The notes beneath the pieces were generated by a model that worked only from the letters and a program-made list of their open reading frames with translations, searched no databases and was not told the origin of the DNA. From Allobaculum fili (GTDB lineage: Bacteria > Bacillota_I > Bacilli_A > Erysipelotrichales > Erysipelotrichaceae): 32,000 bases of DNA. The translations under genes were made by a program, and so were the position numbers. Within the stretch, counting starts at the first letter, position 1. Each line of letters starts with the position of its first letter. Shown here piece after piece: positions 9,441-16,354 of the stretch. The stretch covers positions 1 to 32,000 of the forward strand of contig NZ_JAHDSX010000023.1 in the NCBI RefSeq assembly GCF_020969955.1. Direction: 5' to 3'.

Positions 9441-10518
9441 CTAAATTCAATAAATCCGCGCTCCGAAAAAGAGGGGGGAAATGAGAGCGGATTTTCTGCA
9501 CGCTTCCCAAAAAGAGGAATCGGGCTGCCGTCGGGCGAAGGGGGGAAAGCCCGGATGAGAAAGAATAATTGGGAATGATAGGGGGAAAATGAAGGGAAGA
9601 TGCAGAGTGCGGCTGTAAAGCGTGACGTGATGTTTAGAAGCCGTTTCATGACGGTATGAAGGGATTATGAACGGTACATGAATCCGGCTGCTGCTTTTGT
9701 TCGATCGGAGCCAAAAAACAGGTAATGTCATTTAGTAAACGTGGGCAGTTGTTTACTAAAATCTTTACGGTTATAGATTACGTTCAGCACAAGATATAAT
9801 CAATGCACACAACAAAAGAAAACTAAAAAGTTTGCACATTTTAACAATGTTACCGTTTCCCCGGGATAAAAAACAGTACAAACTAGTTCGATTTCTTAAA
9901 AATATTTTAAAAAGTGCAAATGACTATCCGGAATTGTGAGAATTAGTACCGATTTTAAAAAGACAACTAAAAAGGTAAAATAAAAGTAAAACTAGGAAAA
10001 CACGGTGAAAACAAGAGGGAAACAAAGCGGAAAATGGGAAAGGTAAATGGAAAATCATTGGAAAATCAAACAAAAAGTGCCCGGTAAAATACCGGAAAAC
10101 ACGATCCGAAAGACTCCCTGGACGGTTTCGTATTCGCGTTTTTGCTCGAAAAGGGATTCGGTTCGAGAAAACCATCCGGATGCTTTGCCAGGAAAACGCT
10201 CTTTTCCCGCACAAACCAGATCAGCAATCGAGACAAAGAAGGATGCGCCCAAGGCATTGCCTTCTCCTCAAAAAACAGATCGATGCAAGGAAGAGGATGT
10301 GAGAAAGAGGGGCAGACAGGAAAGAGAAACGGCTCTCTCTCTTTCTGGAGAATTCCTTCCGATCGAATCTGCATCCGTCGCAGAGGTTTGTATCCTTACC
10401 GGACAAATACGACAAAAAAACTGGCAGTTACAAAAGACGCATAGTATTCTCAAACTAGCGATACAGATTTAGACGATCGCTTACCGAATGAAAAACGGCA
10501 GTCAAAGCTCGTCTTTTT

Positions 10519-10577
10519 CAGGACGGATCCGCTCAGAAACAGGACGGATCCGCTCAGAAACAGGACGATCCGATTCC
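10519..10577. repeat. 21-nt tandem direct repeat (2 perfect copies plus a degenerate third), each with a CGGATCCG palindrome
   Basis: CAGGACGGATCCGCTCAGAAA occurs at 10519-10539 and again at 10540-10560. A degenerate copy, CAGGACGATCCGATTCC, follows at 10561-10577. Confidence 0.9.
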
Positions 10578-10636
10578 TGCAGGCGAAAAGGCAGAAAACG
10601 CTGTCTGTTTTTGTCGTTCATCTGGAGGAAAATGTC

Positions 10637-11506
10637 ATGAATCACAAAACGAAAAGCCTGGGAAAAGCCGTACTGCTCAGCGCTGTCACAGCCGCGTTCT
10701 TGCCCGCAAGCCTCTATGCAAAAACGCAGACCAGTATAGGCAAGGTGGAGTTTCGGAATGCGGATGATTTTCGCTATGTCCAGCCAGGGCAGACCGGGAC
10801 GTTTCAGACCGATTTTTTGAAGATCGGCAATGTTCAGCCGACCGGAAAAATCGAACTTCGCTCGCTGACGCCGGATTTACTGGATGTCAGCGAAGAAGGC
10901 AACTGGAGCGCAAAAAAGGAAGGCGTTGCCTATGTTACGGCGGACTGGCAGTATTCCGCGGAATCGATTGAAGCGCTGAAGAAGCAGGATCCCGACTGGA
11001 AAGATATCCGCCCCGAGACCGTGGAGAGCGTAGCCATCTATATTTCTGGAATCGGTTCGGTCTACCGCCTGTACAACCCAAATACAGGGGAACATCTGTA
11101 CACATCCGATCTCAACGAAAAGACGGTACTCGCGCAGGCGGGCTGGAGTTATGAGTCGATCAGCTGGCTGAATGCGGCCGATTCGAGCGCTCCGATCTAC
11201 CGCCTGTACAATCCAAATGCGGGCGATCATCACTATACGCAGGAAAAGAAAGAGGCAGACTACCTGGAAAAACAGGGCTGGCTGCTGGACGGCACGGTGC
11301 TGAACGCGGATAGTGAAGATCAGATTCCGGTATATCGTCTCTATAATCCGAATGCCAAAAGCGGAGCGCATCATTTCACCACGGACAAAGCGGAATATGC
11401 GTGGCTCGCAGCGCAGGGATGGAAAGAGGAAGGCATCGCGTTTTATACGTCTTCTGCGGACCGTCTTCCAAAAGACGATCTGCCTTTACCCGCTTTACCC
11501 GAATAG
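10637..11506 (+). CDS. secreted protein: signal peptide, Big_2-like Ig domain, three YRLYNPN-type (DUF5648-like) repeats
   Basis: Signal peptide MNHKTKSLGKAVLLSAVTAAFLPASLYA. Segment IELRSLTPDLLDVSEEGNWSAKKEGVAYVTADW fits the Big_2 pattern. Three ~40-aa repeats (nt about 11060-11446) have the form [VI]YRLYNPN.G.H.YT....E...L...GW..EG. GGAGGA RBS upstream and a terminator at 11579-11624. Confidence 0.8.
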   Translation: MNHKTKSLGKAVLLSAVTAAFLPASLYAKTQTSIGKVEFRNADDFRYVQPGQTGTFQTDFLKIGNVQPTGKIELRSLTPDLLDVSEEGNWSAKKEGVAYVTADWQYSAESIEALKKQDPDWKDIRPETVESVAIYISGIGSVYRLYNPNTGEHLYTSDLNEKTVLAQAGWSYESISWLNAADSSAPIYRLYNPNAGDHHYTQEKKEADYLEKQGWLLDGTVLNADSEDQIPVYRLYNPNAKSGAHHFTTDKAEYAWLAAQGWKEEGIAFYTSSADRLPKDDLPLPALPE

Positions 11507-11578
11507 GTTTTGAACTGCGCTCTTACGGTCTTTGCAGCTGGAGAGGAAAACAAAAACAGCTCATGAAACAGACTTTTT

Positions 11579-11624
11579 GCACAGAGAACTTCACAACAGT
11601 CACGAAGTTCTCTGTGCTTTTCTT
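11579..11624 (+). terminator. intrinsic terminator
   Basis: Perfect 14-bp stem GCACAGAGAACTTC/GAAGTTCTCTGTGC (11579-11592 / 11604-11617) followed by TTTTCTT. Confidence 0.8.
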
Positions 11625-11760
11625 ATTCCGCTTCTCCAGCAGAAGACGCTCCAAGCGAAGCGTCGGACAGAGCGGTCGAAGAATCGTCCGCAAAAAGACA
11701 TCCGAAAAGGCGGGCTCGATGCCCGTTTTCTTTTCCCGTTACGGATTCTGGATGGCCTGA

Positions 11761-11795
11761 AAATAAAAAAATCAGCCGCAAGGAAAGCGGCTGAT
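11761..11795 (-). terminator. intrinsic terminator of the LOG-family gene
   Basis: 9-bp stem ATCAGCCGC/GCGGCTGAT (11771-11779 / 11787-11795). On the minus strand it is followed by TTTTTTTATTT. Confidence 0.75.
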
Positions 11796-11819
11796 GCATA
11801 TAAAATTTTTAAATTCGAA

Positions 11820-12374
11820 CTAGCGGGCAAGATCGCGGTCGAGAATTTCGAACGTCTGTTCGACGCTGTCGGCGATTTCACAGAGCGAGAAAACCGATTC
11901 GTGAATGAAACCGGCTTTTTCCATGTCGTGCATAGCCGCAAACAGGGAATCGTAGTAGTGATCAAGGTTGAGAATGATCAGCGGCGCGTTAAGCTGGCCA
12001 AGCTGCTTGAGCGTGATGATTTCAAAAAATTCTTCGAGCGTGCCGATGCCGCCTGGCGTAACGATAAAGGCGGTCGACAGCGATTCCATGAACGCCTTGC
12101 GCTCACGCATCGTGCGCGTAAAGACGGTATCCTTGCCTTCTTCAAAAAGAACGCCGGGCTGCTGGAAAAAATACGGGGCAATACCAATCGTCTGGCCGTT
12201 TTTGCTGAGACAGCCGCGGGTCGCCGCGCCCATCATGCCGGTATCGCCGGCTCCGTTGACTAACATCCAGCCGCGCGAAGCAATGCCCGCACCAATTTCA
12301 AAAGCTGCATCTAAATATTTCTGATCGACGGCGTTGCTCGAGCCGCCGTATACGCAAATTCCTGGAGTACGCAT
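11820..12374 (-). CDS. LOG-family protein (TIGR00730-type nucleotide 5'-monophosphate nucleosidase / 'lysine decarboxylase-like')
   Basis: 184 aa with ICVYGGSS, NGAGDTGMMGA and the PGGIGTLEEFFE (PGGxGTxxE) signature. AGGAGG RBS upstream. Confidence 0.85.
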   Translation of the reverse strand: MRTPGICVYGGSSNAVDQKYLDAAFEIGAGIASRGWMLVNGAGDTGMMGAATRGCLSKNGQTIGIAPYFFQQPGVLFEEGKDTVFTRTMRERKAFMESLSTAFIVTPGGIGTLEEFFEIITLKQLGQLNAPLIILNLDHYYDSLFAAMHDMEKAGFIHESVFSLCEIADSVEQTFEILDRDLAR

Positions 12375-12420
12375 AACGTATCCCTCCTGTCTGAATGAGA
12401 ATGGTTTTGTTTGAAATGAA

Positions 12421-12458
12421 TAAATAAATAATCCGGCTTTGCTGCAAAATGCAAAGCC
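12421..12458 (-). terminator. probable terminator after the alarmone-synthetase gene
   Basis: 8-bp stem GGCTTTGC/GCAAAGCC (12435-12442 / 12451-12458). On the minus strand it is followed by the U-rich GGATTATTTATTTATT. Confidence 0.45.
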
Positions 12459-12541
12459 TTCAAAAGAACAGTCCGCCGCAAATCCGGTGACAAATCGACA
12501 ACTCTGCCGGAAATTTGAAAGTTTGAAACGTCGAAAGGGGC

Positions 12542-13279
12542 TCAGGCTTTGGAGGTAGAAGAAACGGGATCGGTGTCTGCAGCCAGATGGCCGTCGGTCA
12601 CGATGTCCGTTTCGGTTTCCTCGTCTTCAATCGCCGCTTCCATTTCGAGATTTTGCGCGGCGCGCCGGTCGTGCAGATAGCTGTGAATCGTCTGCATGCG
12701 GCAGTCCGTTTCAAAAAGCATCTGCGCGCATTCGTAAAGTTCCTGGTTGACGAAGGTGCTTTCGGGAAGATCCTTCTTATAGCGCATCTGGTGTTCGAGC
12801 GCTGCCCAGGAATCCATGGCGGTCGTGCGCAGCTGGATTTCAAACTGAATGTTCTCTCCGGTAATATCGCACAGTCCGATCACATGGACCGAGCGATAGC
12901 CCGAAGGTTTTGGATGCGCGACGTAATCCTTGATTTCCGTGATCTGGATGCGGTCGAGCGTCTGCAGGCGCTCAATCGCGGAGTAAATATCGTTGAGATA
13001 GGAACAGACGATTCGAATGCCCACAATATCGTGCAGCACTTCGGCCGCGTCTTTTACCGTGACTTCATAGCCTAGCCGCTGCAGTTTGGCGGACAGGCTG
13101 TCCATCGTTTTCAAGCGGCCGCTGATCGAGCGGATCAGCGAGTGATTGCGGTTGCGTTCGAGATCGTATTTGAGGTTCAGGACAGAGCGGAGAATGTAGT
13201 CGTGCGTCTTGAGGCAGGTTTCCATCAGCTGTTTCCAGCTTCTGTCGTTCCATTCCTCTTTTTCGTTTTCACTTTCCAT
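12542..13279 (-). CDS. small alarmone synthetase (RelA/SpoT-domain GTP pyrophosphokinase, RelQ/RelP-like)
   Basis: Motifs DIVGIRIVCSY, KDYVAHPKPSGYRSVHVI, FEIQLRTTAMDSWAALEH..RYKK. I prefer the ATG at 13279 (MESENEKEE), which is preceded by AAGGAGGA, over the track start at 13357. Acidic C-terminal tail. Confidence 0.85.
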   Translation of the reverse strand: MESENEKEEWNDRSWKQLMETCLKTHDYILRSVLNLKYDLERNRNHSLIRSISGRLKTMDSLSAKLQRLGYEVTVKDAAEVLHDIVGIRIVCSYLNDIYSAIERLQTLDRIQITEIKDYVAHPKPSGYRSVHVIGLCDITGENIQFEIQLRTTAMDSWAALEHQMRYKKDLPESTFVNQELYECAQMLFETDCRMQTIHSYLHDRRAAQNLEMEAAIEDEETETDIVTDGHLAADTDPVSSTSKA

Positions 13280-14018
13280 GACTGTCCTCCTTTCGGACAA
13301 AATTAAAACAGTTCGCATCGGAAGAGGCCGCGTCATACGCGTAGCCCATTTCGTCAAAGTCTTTCATGACATCCGGCTCTTCTGCCTGTCGGTCGGCGAG
13401 AAAGCGGACCATCTGGCCGCGGGCTATTTTGGCATAGACGCCTTTTTCGCGCCGCTTTCCCTTTTCGTCTTCTTCATAAAAGTGAACGTCAATCAGACGA
13501 ATATACGGACTGACGGCGCGGGAATATTCCTTGGATGCCAGGTTGATCACGGTCTCGTCTTCCAGCGCACTGGCCAGCCGATCGCCCCAGAAGGCGTAAA
13601 GACTCTGGCCAAGGGCCGGAATCTGCTGGGCCATTTCCAGACGATAGGGCGTAATGCCATCGAGCGGGCGAAGTACGCCATACAGCGCGCTGAGAATGCG
13701 CACATGCGCCTGCACGTAAGTCCATTGCGCGTCTTCAAAGACGCCGGGAGCCATGTACGTAAAGGCGATGCCGTCATAGGCAAGCAGCGCGGGCGTTTTC
13801 AAAGGGACAATGCCTTCTTTTTCCTGCAGAAGCGCCTGATAGACGGGTTCAAGCGTGCGCTCGGAACAGCCGTAGAGCGCCTGCAGCTCGTCGCGGCTCA
13901 TCGCCTGCAAAAGGCGACTGAGCTGATCGTGTTCGGGCAGAAACGCAGGTCTTGTTAATTCAAATTCGTGGTCGTCGCGAACTTTCATCTTTTTCGCGGG
14001 AGAGAGAATAATTTTCAC
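13269..14018 (-). CDS. yaaA: YaaA-family (DUF328/UPF0246) peroxide-stress protein
   Basis: 249 aa. N-terminal (V/M)KIILSPAKKM, then YDGIAF and PYRLEM family pattern. The start at 14018 is a GTG. The 3' end overlaps the next gene by 11 nt. Confidence 0.85.
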   Translation of the reverse strand: MKIILSPAKKMKVRDDHEFELTRPAFLPEHDQLSRLLQAMSRDELQALYGCSERTLEPVYQALLQEKEGIVPLKTPALLAYDGIAFTYMAPGVFEDAQWTYVQAHVRILSALYGVLRPLDGITPYRLEMAQQIPALGQSLYAFWGDRLASALEDETVINLASKEYSRAVSPYIRLIDVHFYEEDEKGKRREKGVYAKIARGQMVRFLADRQAEEPDVMKDFDEMGYAYDAASSDANCFNFVRKEDSHGK

Positions 14019-14219
14019 GTCTCTATTATAGGGAAAATCGGCAGGCTGTATGCCTCAATCCCGAAAGGCCAGGACCGCAAAAAGAAGTGCAGGCTGCGCG
14101 TACAGACCCGAAAAGATCAGGATAGGACAAAGGGGCTGTCTCTGGCGCGGCATTTGCTTCGCTCTTGGGACAGCTCCTTTTGTTTTACGCTTTTTTGCCG
14201 GGCAGAACAGGCCGGACGC

Positions 14220-15104
14220 TCAGTGGTCCGCTGGCGTTTTTTCCGACTTGAATCCTATGGTCTGCAGGACATTTCCCTTAGCCTGCAGATCGTAGAGATC
14301 CAGCCGTCGCAAAGACCAGAACGGGGAGCGGTGCCGGATTTTCTGGACCTGGTCTGGATCGATGTCGACCAGAAGCAGACCTTCTTCGCCATTGAGAGCA
14401 GCGAGAATCTGACCGTCGGGCGACACGGCCATGGAATGGCCGTAGCTCTGGTACGATCCATAGTCCGCGTGGGCCGGATTAGCAGCCAGCACGAACACTT
14501 CGTTTTCCATCGCCCGCGTCTGGATCAGCGGCGCCCAGTGCTTTTTGCCGGCATGGACGTTAAAGCCGGCGCACACCGCCAGTAAAAAGCAGTCTTCGCA
14601 AAGCAGGCGGCAGACTTCCGGAAAGCGGACGTCAAAACAGATCGCAATAGCGATATTTCCCCACGGGCTCGCAAAGCGAACGAGCGCATCGCCGGGAGTA
14701 AAAACTTCCGATTCTCTGTAGTCGTTTTTTCGGGTATGCACTTCCAGAAGATGCAGCTTGTCGGCTTGGGCGACGATTTCGCCCTGATCGTTAAAGACCA
14801 GACACGTGTTGTAGAGCGATTTTTCGCCGCCGCTTCTGTTTTTGTCTTCATGAAAAAGCGGAATGGTGCCCGCAAGAATCCAGATGCCGTTTTCTCTGGC
14901 CGCTCTGGAAAAGGCAGGAAGAATGACTTTGCTGTCGTGGGCGTGGGCCCGGATGTTTTCGTGAATAAAGGGCGTATTCCAGAGTTCACCAAAAAGAATC
15001 AGATCGGCGCCCAAAGCGGCCGCCTGTTCGATCTGAACGAGCGCTTTAGAAAGATTGGTTTCGAGATCGTCGGTGACTTCGATCTGCGCAATGGCGGCTT
15101 TCAT
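14220..15104 (-). CDS. carbon-nitrogen hydrolase family protein (nitrilase/omega-amidase-like)
   Basis: Glu-Lys-Cys triad context: LILFGELW, DKLHLLE, IAICFDVRFPE. The ATG at 15104 forms an ATGA overlap with the upstream stop. The track start at 15113 is a GTG. Confidence 0.85.
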   Translation of the reverse strand: MKAAIAQIEVTDDLETNLSKALVQIEQAAALGADLILFGELWNTPFIHENIRAHAHDSKVILPAFSRAARENGIWILAGTIPLFHEDKNRSGGEKSLYNTCLVFNDQGEIVAQADKLHLLEVHTRKNDYRESEVFTPGDALVRFASPWGNIAIAICFDVRFPEVCRLLCEDCFLLAVCAGFNVHAGKKHWAPLIQTRAMENEVFVLAANPAHADYGSYQSYGHSMAVSPDGQILAALNGEEGLLLVDIDPDQVQKIRHRSPFWSLRRLDLYDLQAKGNVLQTIGFKSEKTPADH

Positions 15105-15946
15105 TCGATCCACCCCTGCGCTTTCATCCAGGTGGCAATGCCGCCTTCTTCGACGGGCGGGGTATGGGCCGGATAGCGATCGAGCGCGGTCTGTTCGCCT
15201 TCGGCCATGGCCACCGGACAGGCGGCGTTGTCGAGCATGTCGAGATCGTTGAAGGAATCGCCAAAGGCCGCATAGGCGTGCTCGGGCAGATTCCAGTGCT
15301 TCATGAGCCGGGAAATGCCTTCAAACTTGGATAGATCGTCGCGGGAAATGTCTGCGGAATATTTCGTATAGTGCACGAACAGACCATCCAGAGCGTCCAG
15401 CTCCTTTCGCAGGGCAAGCGGATCGGGCACGCACATGGAAATTACGCTCAGGGACTGCTCGGGAGTCCACGCGTGACGCGGCAGTACGGGCGTATGGATG
15501 GAGTCGAGTTTTGGCTGATAATACTTTGCGTTATCAAAGACGAACGCCTGGCTTCCGGAAACGAAAAATCCGGCATCATGTTTTCGCCCGGTCTCGATCA
15601 GCGCTTCGATCGTATGCGGATCAAGCGTCTTGCAGAAGAGAACGTTCTGATTTTCGTCATAGACGCAGGCGCCGTTTCCAGCGACAACCCCGTCCCACAG
15701 TCCGTTCTGGGGCCCGAGCAGGATTTCGGAAAGCTCAAGCGAGCGGGCGGTGCACAGCGCGCAGAACACCCCCTGTTTTCTCAGTTTCTGGACCATCTCC
15801 AGATAGCCTTCGGGAATACGGCCCAGACGATGGCTGAAAAACGTGTCGTCAATATCAAAGAAGACGGCGCGCACATCTGCGGGAATTTTGCGCTGGGAAG
15901 AATCGGGTACAGACAGAGAATTGAAATCGGGATTTGGACGGGTCAT
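15101..15946 (-). CDS. Cof-type HAD-IIB phosphatase
   Basis: FFDIDDTFF (motif I) and FGDSFNDLDML (motif IV). AGGAGG RBS upstream of the ATG at 15946. Confidence 0.85.
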   Translation of the reverse strand: MTRPNPDFNSLSVPDSSQRKIPADVRAVFFDIDDTFFSHRLGRIPEGYLEMVQKLRKQGVFCALCTARSLELSEILLGPQNGLWDGVVAGNGACVYDENQNVLFCKTLDPHTIEALIETGRKHDAGFFVSGSQAFVFDNAKYYQPKLDSIHTPVLPRHAWTPEQSLSVISMCVPDPLALRKELDALDGLFVHYTKYSADISRDDLSKFEGISRLMKHWNLPEHAYAAFGDSFNDLDMLDNAACPVAMAEGEQTALDRYPAHTPPVEEGGIATWMKAQGWIE

Positions 15947-16354
15947 AAACGAGGACCTCCTTTTTCATGGATTCGAATGGATGATTCGATTCTGATTTTT
16001 GTATAGATGGCTGTGGCCGAAAAAGGCGGCAGGCCGCCTGCGTTTCGACAAGCCGATCTAACGATAGAAAAAGCGTACCGGAATACGCACGCAAACCAAA
16101 ACGCTTGGGTTCAAAAGAATCCAGAAACCGACGCATTCCCAGACAGGATCTTTCAAACGAGGCCTTTCGAGGAAAAACTCTGCGATTGAACAGGCAATGG
16201 CGCCAGAGTGGGGCAGGGAGCGGATTAAACTGAAACCAGTAAGAAAAAATCGGGAAGTGAAACACGCGATCCGAGCGGATTCCCGAAACAAAGTCCGGCA
16301 GCGTGACCTGCGCAAGAGAGAAGGCTATAGCCGGAGGAAGGAAGAAAATTCACA

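Noticed and set aside
9473-9596. G-quadruplex formed by the G5-6 tracts.
   Set aside because: The tracts are separated by roughly 35-60 nt, far longer than loops of stable canonical quadruplexes. The hairpin context explains them better.
9692-10079. Possible invertible promoter (inverton). An imperfect inverted repeat, GCTTTTGTTCGAT (9692-9704) with ATCAAACAAAAAGTGC (10064-10079), flanks the AT-rich island.
   Set aside because: The repeat is short, low-complexity (T/A runs), and has a mismatch and an indel. No recombinase gene is nearby. The match is within chance expectation for this composition.
10141-10175. tRNA-like T-arm (GGTTCGAG) in the non-coding region.
   Set aside because: It is only a 6-bp CTCGAA/TTCGAG hairpin. 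No acceptor, D or anticodon arms can be drawn around it.
9365-10472. Cluster of 60-140-aa ORFs on both strands in the gene-free region (9365-9649, 9447-9731, 9924-10214, 10047-10472 and others).
   Set aside because: They overlap one another in several frames and lack RBSs. They have low-complexity K/R-rich or S/F/P-rich composition. Stops are rare simply because the plus strand is purine-rich.
10519-10577. Mini CRISPR array.
   Set aside because: The 21-nt units abut directly with no spacers, there are only about 2.6 copies, and there are no cas genes.
12542-14018. toxSAS toxin-antitoxin pair (alarmone-synthetase toxin overlapping an antitoxin gene).
   Set aside because: The synthetase carries the ordinary RelQ/RelP-type motifs. 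The overlapping partner is a full-length YaaA-family housekeeping protein rather than a small antitoxin. Nothing else suggests a mobile or defence context.
14019-14035. TATAAT on the minus strand (14030-14025), 6 nt upstream of the yaaA GTG, suggesting a leaderless mRNA.
   Set aside because: Leaderless translation normally needs AUG, there is no -35, and co-transcription from the upstream hydrolase gene is simpler.
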